A stretch of DNA of 57,923 nucleotides, the filler included, from Sphacelaria rigidula (taxonomy: Eukaryota), in assembly GCA_964200075.2 (NCBI GenBank). It is 8 parts of 8 records of this genome, joined end to end, with 100 filler letters (N's around TTAATTAATTAA, not from the genome) between each part and the next. Parts side by side here need not be neighbours in the genome. Positions count along the whole stretch, not along the records: positions 36,266 to 43,418 come from CAXNAA020016228.1; positions 43,519 to 50,671 come from CAXNAA020016229.1; positions 50,772 to 57,923 come from CAXNAA020016230.1; 5 more parts are not named here. One strand, 5' to 3'. The position numbers and the translations under genes were made by a program. The notes beneath the pieces were generated by a model. It saw only the letters and a program-made list of their open reading frames with translations, had not been told where the DNA came from and made no database searches. Positions 38,774 through 52,343 of this stretch are shown one piece after another (within the stretch, counting starts at the first letter, position 1; every line of letters begins with the position of its first letter).

Positions 38774-40126
38774 CTTCAGGTCGGCGTAACGCGAGAATAC
38801 CCGAGAGGAATAACACCAGCGAAGGGGGAAGTCATAAATCAGGCGGATGGGGGGTAGAGGGGGGGGGGGGGGCTCAAGAAATACATTAAAGGAAAGATAT
38901 TACTCCGGAGTACATTAGAGACGTTGATATACATTTTGGATTGCTCTCTAGAGGCGAGGAAGGTGGGCGGCTTGGTGTGTGAAAGATGCATCTTTTCGAG
39001 TGAGCTTGTGGTCCTGACGACTAGCGGTGGGGAGTACAGCAAGTCTTGGAGAATTCCGTACGTGACCCGCACACCAAAGAAGCAATCGTTTGGGGTGATG
39101 AGGGGTACATCAAGAAAATCTTGCGTGGATTAGGCACTGGAGCATTCGGGGCTGTCTCTTGCGCAACGCGAAGCGAAATAGTGCGGCGCAACTACGCAGC
39201 ATTTTTTTCGTCTTCCATGGTTTGGCTCCCGAGAGGGCGCCCTTTCGTTAATACAGCTGAACCCGAACCCGGGATTGTCCTCCATCTCTTCTTCTCATCA
39301 TGTCGCGCGAGGTCAGAGCGCGACAAGCCTGAAACTTAGAGTACGACGTTCGCGTGGTTTGTGTATATTCAACATCGCTCCGGAATCGAGGGAAAGCACC
39401 CAACAGTGACTGCACAACGGGGCATGCTTTGTCCGAAAATAAGTAGTGATTTTCACGCTGGCGAGTGCTCGAGAGTCAAACCTGTCAGCCATCCCATGTC
39501 GGCGTCCACTCTGTAAAAAAAGCGTGCGGGCTGTCATGATGCTTACTTCAAGCGCCGATCAGAGCAAGACGCTTGCTATACAAACCGGTGAGCCCTTGAA
39601 GCAGTTAGACCCGTGAGGGTATGAGTACGGAATAGATGCAAGTCCATGACCGGATTATCGGGCAGCAGGTCGCGTGAACTCTGTTCCCATTGGCTCATTA
39701 CAGACTCTTCAAATGAACAACAATCAGATGAGAACCAGCATATCTCATGCAGAGGAATGAGAAGAGCGAGCGAGCTGCGCAGACATACAGACAAAGCGCA
39801 CCAAGTGCGGTTCAACCCTAATCAAAAGGGTACGATTGCGGAACTCAGGCTCGTCAAGTGAGTTCTCCGCTGTGAGTTCTCCGCTGCCTCCACTATTATA
39901 CGAGTATCATTGCAGCAGACGTTGAGCGTACGCCGGCTGCAACGCGACGACAAGGTCACCTCGCATGGACAACTGCGCTATCTTCGCAGCACGTTTTCAA
40001 TAACCACAGTGTCTGGCGCTGCAAACAGCGGGAATGTGGTACAGCATTAGAGCCAACGAAGCAAACAGCGTATCACTGACATTCGATATCAACCCATATT
40101 TACTACGGGCCGTAGCCACCCTACCC

Positions 40127-40129
<3 letters not shown>

Positions 40130-40170
<41 letters not shown>

Positions 40171-40785
40171 TGGTCATCTCGATTGCACAAAGTCAACGTC
40201 TAGATATTGCACATTGTCATCTTCGTCAATCAAAAGCTGCACGAATGGAATGAAAAACACAAGAGTACAAGAGTACACACACACGCACAAACATACGCAT
40301 GCAGGACACTGGACCATCCCATCCCCGAAATCACATCCCCCCCCCACTCCCCCCACCCTACACTGCATCAACAGCAGGCAACAAGCTGCAGTACCGTACA
40401 GCTATGGCCATGGAGAAGAGCAAATGGCCAAAAGCATCCAGCGCTGTTGATGAGCTCACCCCCTTTTTGTGCGAGGGCTTGGCCTTCCGGGTGTGCTTCT
40501 CCGGGGCCTCGGCCTTGTGATACCTGGGTGCGCGCGCCATGACTCTTTGTTATGCGAGTGCTTCGCTGCGTCACACGTCCTGAAGCAGGGCGCAACAGTG
40601 CTGTCCCCGGGCCTCGGAGCCAATCACCCATTGGAAAATGATTAAATGTCACGCGAATGTATTTCTTTTTTTGGTTAGCACTATTAGGTGTTCGTTTCAT
40701 TTATTTGTTCACAACCCGCGGTTAGGTCGCTCCTTTTATGTTATTATTCTTTATATTCATAGAGTTGGAGGAATGCTGTAGTTGC

Positions 40786-40826
<41 letters not shown>

Positions 40827-41170
40827 TGGGGGGGTGATGTTCAACACTATTCTCATAATGTTTTGGGAATCGCTTTTTTTGTACGCTAACTAGGAAGCGT
40901 AACTTTTCGGAGGCGGGCGGGGTTGAAATTGGTCACGGACGACAGACATGCAGATGTCGCCCATATAGTCTATGCAGTAGCGTAGAAGGCAGAGTAGCAT
41001 ATGCCTCGTTTCGCGCAAAGGAACTATGACATAGTCATGCGTTGGGGAAAAGGTAAAATAGTGCAGAGACTTTCCTCAAAGGTGCCGTGTTACGTTTGTT
41101 CGATCAATCAGCCTCTCTCTTGACTGACTGACTGACTGACTGACTGACTGACTGCCTGACTGACTGACTG
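40130..41170. repeat. Microsatellites: (CTG)n ~40130-40167, (GTT)n ~40785-40825, (GACT)n ~41122-41170; others (TA)n 19088-19116, (CAGTA)n ~36120-36165, (CAA)n ~43569-43597, (GATT)n/(GGTTGGAT)n ~48947-49030
   Basis: Directly visible simple repeats. Confidence 0.95.
40460..40540 (-). CDS. RPL36: 60S ribosomal protein L36 (eL36), exon 1
   Basis: ATG start, MARAPRYHKAEAPEKHTRKAKPSHKKG, gtgagc donor. Joins in frame to exon 2. Confidence 0.8.
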
Positions 41171-41273
41171 GCTAGTGACTCCGGGTATGAACAAAACATT
41201 CAACAGGAGAATGAAGGATGTAAAACACATATTTTCCCGTCAACTTTGGGAAAGGGCACAAAACCAAACACAC

Positions 41274-41915
41274 CCTATACTTGAAGCGAAGAAGTCTACG
41301 TCCTGCCCTTCATGCTCGAAACCCTCGACCTGCGAAAAGAAGGACAGAGGAGACGGTATTCGGAATAAATCAAGACGATAATAGCAATATATATATACAT
41401 AGCCTGGACAGCCTGTTTTGACGATAGTTGGAATGCTCCACACTCCGTTTCGCGAGGAAACTCGAGTCGCGAAAGTTGATCTCCTCGGTGCGTCCTGTTC
41501 GTACGGTCCCACCAGACGCCACCATGCCGCATGGTACAAGATCGCAGGGTTCGGCAACAGCGGAGTCTCGACGTCGTTATCTGCTTGCAGCACCGGGCAG
41601 TAGCATCGGAAGAAGCAGGAGTAGCAGCACCGTCTCTCCATCGAATAGCAGGCACAGCAGGGCCGTCGGCTGGAGCCTCAGCAACAGAAACGGAAGCCAG
41701 AGAAACTTGGCCGAGCCCAGCGGCAGCAGCAGCAGCACGGGCGGCAGAACCCAGATGAACTCTTCCCCCCCACGCCGCCGGCGTGCATCACGCTTACGTG
41801 TAACGGTATCATCACCTCTGGTATTCGACAGGCACACTGCTTCACAGGAGAGTTCTACGCCCGTCAGTTCTTCGAGGACAAGGTATCTCTGGTGTATAGT
41901 GTTCGCGAGGTTATC
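41274..41915 (-). CDS. Possible exons of an unidentified gene upstream of RPL36 (candidates 41816-41915 and 41274-41329)
   Basis: cag/gt-bounded, coding-like segments DNLANTIHQRYLVLEELTGVELSCEAVCLSNTR and VEGFEHEGQDVDFFASSI. Family not recognised. Confidence 0.3.
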
Positions 41916-43567
41916 CTGGTGATGAAAACATCCCTGACGAGTACCGTTTTGGCAATCTTTTCTGCATGAACATCGGGGGAGAGAGAGGGGGGTGTTATCT
42001 GCAATGGGCATTACACAGGGTAGCAAGGTATGGCCTGATTGTCCCCCCCCCCCGCCCCCGCCCCCTCCCCTCTACTACGCCTTCCTCTGGATGAGTCCGT
42101 AGTCTAAAGGGATTAACCCATCTCTTGAATGACGAAACGAGATTCTCCTCAAACTTCGTAGTTATGTCTGGCTTCGAACTTTCCTTAAAACCCTCCACTC
42201 AGGATGGGTCATCAGATGAATCGGGATCATTTTTATTTAAAATATGTCTATAATCCCCAGATCTCATACTCGTACTCTGGGTGTCAAGGGGTTGACCTTC
42301 AGTCTCGACTGGCTGCGATCGGCGCACCAGTTAGACTCGCTAGGCTTTAGGTAGCTCCTCGTCAGCGTGCGCAGGAAGTGTTGGAGATATATACGCACGT
42401 TTTGCATCGGGAAATCACTGTTCAAAATATGCTGTATGTTTGTATCGTACCATCTATCTACCGCAATATATTCACTGTTGTCTGTCGTCATTTAATTTCA
42501 AAAATATTCGAGTGCAGTAACTCGGCAGTAGTGTCTGTTGTAGTAGTAGTAGCTGAATGTGATGTAGATGTAGCAGTGTTGCAATGTTCGGTTCGGGTCA
42601 GGGTATGTTCGGTAGGGTATGAGATTCCTTGCAGACCTTACAGAGCTACACACTACAGTATGGAAAATGGACACAACAATTGTATACCGCTTCTGCAAGA
42701 GACCTATCGATATATTCTGTCGAGCACAACAAATGGTGAACACGTTTAATGATGTGTATCGCAAGTACAAGAAATGAAGATCGCTTCTTATAGGTAGACA
42801 TGTATAGTTTGGTGAGCCATCTATCGACAGCCATTGCCGTCATTGCCATCATCAATAGATTGTTTACGAAGTGGTGAACAGTCTATTGATAGCCTTTGCC
42901 GTCAGCAATCGATCATTGTGGGGAGCATTTTTCGATAGCCGATGCCGCCAACGATAGGTTTCAAGGGTCGGACAAATCAATGATTCGTCTGGAAATTACT
43001 TGGTCTTAGTGTAGTTGATTTGAATCGTACGAATCAATCCCTAGGCTTCGTTTTCAGCGTTGCGACCCAGGTACACGCAGCCCAGACACGTAGAATGGCT
43101 CAAAAGTTGCGTGGGTACCCGTTGGACCAGCGGTCAACTTCCTTCTCCCTTTTGGGCAATCAGGCCGAAGAAGTCGTGGATTTGGTGATTCAAACCCGTA
43201 CTGATTTGTCGTAACCATGATAAGTTTGATTGAGGTTTCTATCTTCACCAGTATATATTCACGCAATAAACTACCTGAGGCGATAGGTGGCAATAGCTTT
43301 GTGGAAGGTGAACACATCCATAAAAAAAAATGTATCAATATCTTTGGGCAAACGTCACAGTAGGGTATACCATGGTGCATTAGCGACAAACCTGGGTACC
43401 CTCTTTGTTTGGAGGAGANNNNNNNNNNNNNNNNNNNNNNNNNNNNNNNNNNNNNNNNNNNNTTAATTAATTAANNNNNNNNNNNNNNNNNNNNNNNNNN
43501 NNNNNNNNNNNNNNNNNNCCCAGTACCAATGTACCGCGCAGATATCGGAACGGTTGTCAATGTGAAG

Positions 43568-43598
<31 letters not shown>

Positions 43599-43787
43599 GT
43601 ACACACACACAACAAACTTGAAAAGCCTACGTGAGGTTGTGCGAATGAGTGCATCGAAGTGTACCGTGTCTGGTACTATCTCTCAAATAGTTGATTTTAG
43701 TACACAAAGGCCTTTTTCAACGTCAAAACGACGCCCCTTGCATCGATTTATCGAGTTTCGCACCCACAATCCGTACAAGTGATCTCC

Positions 43788-44060
43788 GCCGTGGGTGAGC
43801 TATGAGAGCTGCATGAGCTACGTATGTTTGGCCTAGGTGAGGTATCAACCCGTAGCTCATCAGCTAATATTTGCCGTGGGTGAGTTATGAGAGCTGCATG
43901 AGTCACGCACGCTTGTCCTGGACAAGCTGTTCATATAAGAGCTACATGAGTTACGCATGTTTGCCCTCGATGAGTTATTAGAGCCAGCTGAGCTACACAT
44001 AGTTGCCCTGGGTGAGCTACCAGACGTGGCTCATCCGCGCATGTTCGCCCTGGGTGAGCA
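43788..44060 (+). repeat. Degenerate minisatellite, ~7 units of ~42 bp
   Basis: Recurring CC(G/C)TGGGTGAGCTA...GAGCT.CATGAG.TACGCATGTTTG. Confidence 0.75.
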
Positions 44061-46416
44061 GAACAACGGGGACTACGCCGGTTTTGGAGTTAATTCTGTT
44101 CCGATGCTCAAGCACGTTGATATGTGAAAACGATTACAGGTGTACACATTTGTGTTGCGTTTTGTGCGGTGACGGGTTTGCTGTTTGTCAACATCAACAT
44201 GACCGCATCGGAGGCCATCCCCACCGTAGCCACCACACCCACACACAACCCGCAAAACATGGCCGCCACCGGGGGCAGCAGCCCTAGCGGCGCTTCAGTC
44301 GGAAATGATGCCGTGGATCTGGATCCTCCGCAACAGGCGATCGATGTGGAGGAAAAAGTGAACACACATACAATATTTGATTGCTCAACCCTTTTGATTA
44401 CAGGGTAGGCGATCTGTTGAATCCGCATCATTCACACTCCAAATAGCTTTTCTGCTGGGAGCACCAATACCAACCGATTTGTCAGTTTTGAGGGCGATCG
44501 GGACTTTTCCACGATAGATTAAAGGAAAACCGTCAGAATCCTCTTTGATTCTTCGTTGTCTACGGCGATGCCAAAATCCCACATCATCCCAACAGCACGA
44601 TGTTGGGTTATTGACTCGGCTCCATCATAACTGTTTTCAAAACTGTTTTATTCCCGTTAGATTCCTGAGCTGAGGGCGGTTTCTATGATTCAAAGCATAT
44701 GGAGATTGGGAAAAAAATTGGGTTACGAATTCGCATTTCCAAGTTCATAACAGTTTACAGGCCGCCGGTTGGTCGAGGTAACTTTTGGCCCCTAGGCCAC
44801 CACCATGGCCTCAATCACAAATCTGGTTTTCCCTCTCTCCAGTTATCACTGGCAAATACATTGTATGCTACCATTGAGTTGGTATTAGGGCGTGTCTCAA
44901 CACTTTTTTTTGCCGATCTGCACTTTTATTCCCAGAAGGCTTCAACTCGAAATCATGATCAGCGGCGCGCGGAGAAACAATATCCGAGACAAAAAGTAAT
45001 CATTGTCGAGCAAAAAAATGCGGTCGAAAGGCACGAAGCGGCACTTGACTCCCATCTACAGACCAACACGTGAGATAACACCTGTTGACAGGACCATGCA
45101 AACTTCATTCAACTCATTCTCAGGGGCAATCGCCAAAAACCGGTATACCGACGGTATTTTCGCCAACATCCGGTATAGCTCACACCCCCCCTCAGAAAAG
45201 CTACCAATGCAGCCGCCCGATTGGCCACATCCCGCCGCGTACGCATTCTGGCGAAAACACGCACGGTATACCTGTTTTGGGAAACTCAATTTAGCCTTCA
45301 CCGGTTTTTGGCGACGGTCTCACCGGGTTTTGGCGATCGAGACGGTAATGCTCAAGTTCCCGGCCAGCCCCAAAACACACACGTCACCATATTATATGTT
45401 ACGTTTCGACGGCTGGCCGTTGGAGATCATAATATTTTGAATTTGGTTTCGTCTATCTGATCACCCGCCGTCCTGGAGCTTTGCCCGTCAATCCGACAAC
45501 AAGCATGCTTTGTCAATCCGTCGACGAACACGCCTTGTCGATCCGACAAAGCACGTGGTAGTCCATGGGTTTGGAGAGAACCTTCGGTTGAAAGCACACG
45601 GCGCCCTGTGTACTCCTGGCTGGCTGTCACGAGCCCACGAACCTACGACCGAAACCACCACGTCAAATAATACCTCTTTGCAGGACCATGCAAACTCCAT
45701 TCAACTCATTCTCAGCTACTACCGCAACCCTGCAGCACAGAGCACGAGTTGAGCACAGGGATAGATACACTGTAGTAGTTGGTATGCTTTGTTCATTTTA
45801 TGTTGGCAAAAACTTGCGCATCTTCTCTCGTGGTGGGCATCAGCGACGGAACTGCGTGGTACGGTGGGCAACCGAGTTACGTGCACGCTCATGTACAGTG
45901 TAGGCAGCACAAAGCTGCACGTTGCTGAAATCCTTTCCATGTCGCATTGTAGGCAGAGAGAACTGATAGTCCTGGACTGTCTGTATTGCACGTTGCCAGC
46001 TTCTCTTTTACATCATCCTGCACGGAACACGCACGCACGCACGCACTCAAGACACCCTGCTTGCAAGCAGTGCAGACAATACAGACTAGAATGTACACGG
46101 GTGACCATGTACCGTCTCACGAATTTCACCGTCTTTTTTCGATCGAAAGGTCGACAATCCATCCGGACCCAACTGCATCAAAACGAGAAATTTTCGCTTG
46201 CATCGATTCCACCGCCCTATGTTTTCGATCGAGAAGAAAAGTGCGAAGACAGGCCTCGAGCGTGAAACCAACCTATAAAATCAGTTCAAGGTGACGAATT
46301 CGATCGTTTCCCCGTGCCCCAAGGAAATTTCACACCAAAAAACAGTGTCATCTACTATTCATTTTGTGAAGCGTTTTCGTATAGACTGTAGTATCGAGGT
46401 ATCTCCGTGCGTCACA

Positions 46417-46942
46417 TAGGGCTTTGCTTTTTATGCGCGCATACAATGTCGCATAAATCGGGGTTTTGCGCATAAGCATATGCTTTTTTTTTTTCATACA
46501 GATGTTTCTGTAGATTTCGGCATACCGGTGAGGAGCAGAGGGCGAGAGAAAAAAGTACAGAACTTTTTTTGTATTATTTGTTCTCAATTTCTTAATTTCT
46601 AGATATTTTTTATTTTTCAATATTACTTTTTTTATTATTATCTAGTATAATTTTTTTTCAGTATGGCCTTCAAAATCAAACGGAGAAGAAACGAGCGAGC
46701 CTTTCTTCCACGCAAGCGTGAGATTTCGAAATGTTCAACGTGCCGTCTTGCTTTCTTGCTGAAAGGTACGTTCCACGGCCAGTGCCGCCAGGAACCGCCT
46801 CAAGAAGGACGCGAAAGGGGCGCATAAGTCGCGCATATTTTAAAAACAACGCATAAATCGGCGCATAATGCTCACGTTTGCACACGGAAAAACATAAGAA
46901 AACGCGCATTAAAAAAAAATGCGCACAAAAAGCAAAGGCCTA
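46417..46942. mobile_element. hAT-type MITE (526 bp)
   Basis: TIRs TAGGGCTTTGCTTTTTATGCGC / GCGCACAAAAAGCAAAGGCCTA (20/22 match). 8-bp TSD GCGTCACA (46409-46416) / GCGTCACG (46943-46950). AT-rich core with CGCATAA subterminal repeats. Confidence 0.88.
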
Positions 46943-48600
46943 GCGTCACGGGACTTGATCGGCATGGCGTTTAATCAACGACAAAGCATCTGACTGCGAC
47001 GTAGACTAGATGATGAAAAAGACGTGCGGTTCACAGCTCAATTCGTCTAGATCGATGAGACAGATACCACTGGGGGCAAGTACAGTTTATATCCGTTCTT
47101 AGGTTTTTGGCCTAGCTCGTACAGTCAGTAAACGAAATAATCAGATCACAGACTATGCGAATGTCCGATAGAGGCATGCCGACCACGTGAAGGCAATGAT
47201 TGTGCACACCTACAATCTTACCGACTTCGAAGCATGTCGGAAAGCATTCTCAGTCCCAGCGCATGGCACCACGGGTGTTCATAACGGCCTTTGCAGGGTA
47301 CTCGTTCAGACAGACACAGCTAGTACATCAAGATACGACGGCATCGTGCTCGTCGATGCAAACCGCTCGCCCGACGGATATCGTCACTTCAATAAGAAAT
47401 GAAGAAACGGAGAAAGCCACCCAGCTAACTGCTGCTGCCGCACACGTGTGTGAGTCACAGATACACAGACTCTTCCGGGCATACGCGGCTCATGACGAGC
47501 CAACAAAGAAAATGTTGGTCGGTGGCGAGGGTGCCCGACGCAGCGGATATCCAACGACCAGATAACACAGGGCCACGAGATTTGGACTTTTGGGGTGAGT
47601 GATTTGCTCTTGCCGCTGCAGAAACAACCGAGATCACCTGGAGATCACAGGAGAAATTATGTGTGGAACAAAGATAGTATTCCTCGTCTAGGAGAGGATC
47701 TGTATCGCTGGCTATCACCGAGGATCTCAGAGATCACCGAGGATCTCAGAGATCCCAACACTGGTCCACTTCGACGTCCATTTCATGGCCAGAGCATGTT
47801 CTGTGGCGACAGCGCTAGCATTCATGTTGGCGGGCGTGCCCGCCCCCCTTGTAAAATCAAAATCACAATCTTGTAGTTTCAGCTGCCTTCACAAGAGGTA
47901 TACAACGCTAAAGTGAGGGCAAGAGGCTTAAATCGCCGTTTAATGTGTTGAAGACGAAACCCTCCAGCAACCACCATTGCTATATTTTCCAGCCGGCTTC
48001 AACAAGGGGCATTTCACCCCGTACATACTGCCTCCCGCCTGGCCCAGTCAGGGGATACATATTATTTTTAATTTTGTACAATCGCCAAACGCCAAACGCC
48101 CATCATTTAGCTGACACGACACCCATGGAGATTGTGTCTTTCGTCTTCCAACCCTCGCCAGATGCATGGCGCACAACGTGTATCATTTCTTGGCAGCTTG
48201 CCTTTTTCACACTATCCGCATATCGAAAAATCACCTTGTTGGTTCTCTCATCATGATGATCCCGTTGCCTGTGCCTTCCTTGTCTTCAGAAATCCCCACG
48301 GCGACGTTCTCGTGGGTAGGTGGTATTTCGGAAGAGAGGAAAGATGATTTTCGTGTTTGTTGTTGTCACAAAGATTGAATGTCGAATCAAGACCCGCGAC
48401 TAAAGCTTTAGTAGTCACCAAACTTGAAAACCAAAGAAGAAGTCTCCCGAAAGACATATTAAGCGCATGGAGAATCTGCAGTAAACATTTCGCTCATATT
48501 TTAGCAATGACATGATGATGTGCTCTCCGCTCAATACGTAGAGATTAAGCGATGTCTCGATTTGACGTTTTATTGACATCCCTGTCAAGACCCGCGGTCT

Positions 48601-48920
48601 GTGTGTTGTGTTGTGTTGTGTTGTGTTGTGTTGTGTGTTGTCATCAAAGATACTCTTGCCATCCCGTCTATTCTTGACGCCAGTCTACACCGTTCGGTAT
48701 ATGTGGGTGTACCAGCCGGGGTCGCAAAGGAGAAGGGTCGACACAGGGGTCTTTTATTTTTAATTTATTGTGTTGTGTGTTGTGTGTGTTGTGTGTGTTG
48801 TGTGTGCTGTAATCACATCTATTATTCTCGACGCCAGTTTACACCTTTCGGTATATTAATGTGGGTGCATCAGCCGGGGTCACACACGAGGAAGGTCAAC
48901 AAAGAAGTTTTTTTTTTTTC
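48601..48920 (-). mobile_element. Two tandem 5'-truncated copies of the SINE at 25420, with expanded (AACAC)n tails
   Basis: GACGCCAGT(C/T)TACACC.TTCGGTATAT...CAGCCGGGGTC.CA..GAG.AGGTC.AC is the reverse complement of 25660-25745. Each copy is preceded by (GTGTT)n-type runs. Confidence 0.8.
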
Positions 48921-50789
48921 GATACTCCACAATTGAAATATTTCATATTGATTGATTGATTGATTGATTTGTCAAAGATTGTTTGAAGGTGGATGGTTGG
49001 ATGGTTGGATGGTTGGATGATTGGTTTGGATTGAATTAATTTTTGGACAAGGAAGAGACAATATATTTTGGTGAGAAAGGATGCCAGGTCATGTGACTTC
49101 ACCGAAGATTCAAACACACGTCAAAACCGTCAGAACTCCTGCTGTTGTTTCTCGGTTGTCGTGGACTGAACAAACACACGATATGATCTCATCGTCATGA
49201 AGCTCCTCTGCCGGTATAATTCATGTCCCGACATACACATGTCGAAAATTTGAAAATTTCAGGATGTTTTCCCTTCCTGCACGTTGCTGTATTTATTGCC
49301 CCGCGTCAACGAAACAAACGCATGTCCTTGATGACAACGTGACGACATAGGTACATCAAATGTTGGGGGTAGCGCTGAACACCTGAACTTGGGAAGCCAT
49401 ATGCTTGTTTTTGCCCTGCATTGCTCTCGCGACTAGCGATATTAAACTAAAGAATAAAGTTATTGCTTCCAAAATAAGAGTATCGGGCCAACAGCGATTT
49501 GTGCTTTTGAAATATTTTCGCATGAATTAAATTACATCATTTTTCTGTCTGCAACCCCGCCTTCGCCTGTTGCATCAGCGCGTGTTGGGCGATCGATCTC
49601 TTTGAGAGCGCTCAAAACGCTCCCAGACTCAGATTCTGGGGCTAATGTGCTATGCTTAAATTTGAGCGAAGATCAAGCACATGGTTCAATGAATAGCTGT
49701 AGAAAATAGTGGTAGTGCAGCTCAGCGTTTTGGTCGCCTGTTTGTGTGTAGAGCGATAGCTCCCCGTCTAGGGTATTGATATCCATGACACGATGGAGCA
49801 GTGGCCCCACCGCTCTACCCGATCAGCTCGCACACGCCGGAACCTACATAGCAGACGGCCTGGCTGCTGTTCTCGGCCCGTTGCCTGAGTGGGAAGACGA
49901 GCGACTTATTGCTTCGTATCCGGCACACAGGATGAACAGCAGGCGTGGCAAATCATCGTTGAATCGAAGGTACCGCATTTGATTTGACCTCAAAACCACC
50001 CGCGCCGAATAATAGCTGAAAAATAGTACAGAAAGGCAAAGCTATAGTACATGTACGCCATCACACTGAAGTGAGTGAAGAGCAACTACGATGAAGATGT
50101 CGGTAAGAGCCGGGTAGAGACGACGGTAGATAGAGTACTCATAAATGAACGCACTACACGTCTTATGATGGTGTGATTGTAGCCGACTCTCTGTACAAGA
50201 AATTCCTCTTGGCGTGAACCGACTCATCAAGTTTGAATTATTCGGGTCAACCAGGTCGCCTTGCAAGAAAGCGGATCCGAAGATCCGATCGGTGTGCTCC
50301 CGAAAATGCTGAAACTGATCAACTGCCACTTCAGATGAAATCAAAGAAGTATTGGTAGCGGCACATGTCAGGCGCCAGAATCGGCAGGATGTATCGAAGT
50401 AAAGTACAAGTGGCAACATTTTGTCCGGTATATGAGAATATCACGCCCGTTACCTAGCGTTTTATATTTCGACAAGATTACAGTATTGCTGGATAGGGAA
50501 TCACATTATTCAGAATCACCGTGTGCCACGTACTGTAACCTTGATTTGCAGCAAAGGTTCTGACAATGGAGCAGTGCTCCACGGTCATAACTTTTCAAGG
50601 GTCGGACAAATGATGATTCGTCTGTAAATTACTTGGTTTTAGTATTATGAGTCGACTCGTGACGAATCAATNNNNNNNNNNNNNNNNNNNNNNNNNNNNN
50701 NNNNNNNNNNNNNNNTTAATTAATTAANNNNNNNNNNNNNNNNNNNNNNNNNNNNNNNNNNNNNNNNNNNNCTAGTTGTCCCGCTAATT

Positions 50790-52343
50790 TGCTACAGAGT
50801 AAAAACTCACACAATGCAAGCAGCCAGGCTGTGCATATTTCCAACAGGGGGGGGGGGGGGGGGCAAACTTCTTAGAGCCGGTTTTGGGGCAGAAGGATTC
50901 AGCCCACTTATGCTCAGACCCGACGTCTCGGTGGAGGCGTACGGCGTCCAGAGACCAAGGTGGCCAAGGCGACTGACAAGCATACGGTATCCTCCATGGG
51001 ATCCATTATGCGACACGGGAGACACAGGGGATTCATCTATCGGTATGGCGGTTGTCGCCAGACGAGAAAGCGAGTTCGCCTCGGCGTTGTGGTCAACGCA
51101 CTCGGGAGAAGTGAAAACTATTTCTTGTCGTCCTTCGTTCACAAAGTCCTGCCAAAACATGCAACCTGGCGAACCGTCGCGAGGGAGGAAGTCTACCAAA
51201 CAGTGTCCTGTAAGTGCTGGCAAACCGTTGCTCCGGCCGAAACTCACTTCCAAGGGTTGGGGTTCACGCGAAAGATATGCGACGTACTCTCCAACATAGA
51301 ACAAATTGAAATCGGTCTGTACTGTAGAGGGTTGCGGGTGAACGCCTCTGCACCGGGTTGATCATCAAAACGACCCAGCTGTAGTTTACCCGTTGCAGGT
51401 GGATACGTCGACAATCGCAGCGAGGGATCTCTGCCCAACAAAACATCGAATGCCATGGCATCGTTCGTAACAACCAAGGCCCAATCTGGGCGTTTTGCCA
51501 GGGGGTGCGTCTCGTTGTAAAACTGAACACTTCATCTCATAGCCTGTGTGGAACTCAAGATAGAACCGGACACAAAGCTGCGCGGGTTTGAGGGGGAGAC
51601 GAGGAGAGACATTCATCATCGGCCGCGATGGTGCGGAGCATGTCCAACCAGCAGCGGGCAGGGATGGAGTTCTGAGGGGGATCCGAGTCCGAGAATGCCA
51701 ATGCCATGAATTGACGGAGTTTACGAGATCCACTATGAGTCAAAGTGTAGTTGTAACAGATGCATCGTCCCAGGTGACAACGCCACTACGTGAGATCCGG
51801 GTCAACTCCGGCAACGAATCTTCATGTACGCGTTGTGCCTCTGGAAGTATGGGGGTGAGATATACTCAAGGGCAGTCCTGTGAAGCCATGGGATGGGGGC
51901 ACTGGCCTCGAGTGCGTGTCGTGGTCCGATCACGAGGTGATACTGGTTTCACTCTCGAAGAACATGCTAGGCCAGGGGTGACACGAGGTTAGAGGCTGGC
52001 TATAATAAACAATTGCAGTCGAGAGGAATGACCCCTTGAACTCGTGAGTAGCAGACACTCGAGTCCGGCCAGTACTGCACCATAAAGCAAGCATGGACTC
52101 ACTTTCACGTGCAGAAGACGTGCTCTTGACTTGCTTGCAAGCGAGATGCCTCCAAGTGGTGGCTGATAGCTCTGTTATCAATCAGTCTTAGCTAGGTAGC
52201 TAAACGAGTGACCAGCCTGGGGCGATACTGCAAGACCAGACTGGAATATAACGTGACTAACGTACGGCTGGAATACGACCTATCGCCCATATCACGCACA
52301 TCGAGAACACCTTCTATATAAGCGACTGATATCCGCCGTCACA
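50790..52343 (-). mobile_element. Degenerate Ty3/gypsy remnant with 5' LTR (52173-52343)
   Basis: 171-bp TGTGACGG...GATAACA LTR. Decayed protease-like segments (ALAFSDSDPPQNSI...; AMAFDVLLGRD) and downstream pol-like LSREPQPLEVSFGRSNGLPALTGHCLVDFLP. Confidence 0.6.

Noticed and set aside
43788..44060. CRISPR-like array
   Set aside because: Units are degenerate along their whole length with no constant repeat plus unique spacer pattern, there are no cas genes and the context is eukaryotic. It is a minisatellite.
7154..50771. Exact 7,253-nt periodicity of TTAATTAATTAA as a biological array
   Set aside because: The motif is embedded in fixed N runs and is an artificial six-frame-stop linker.
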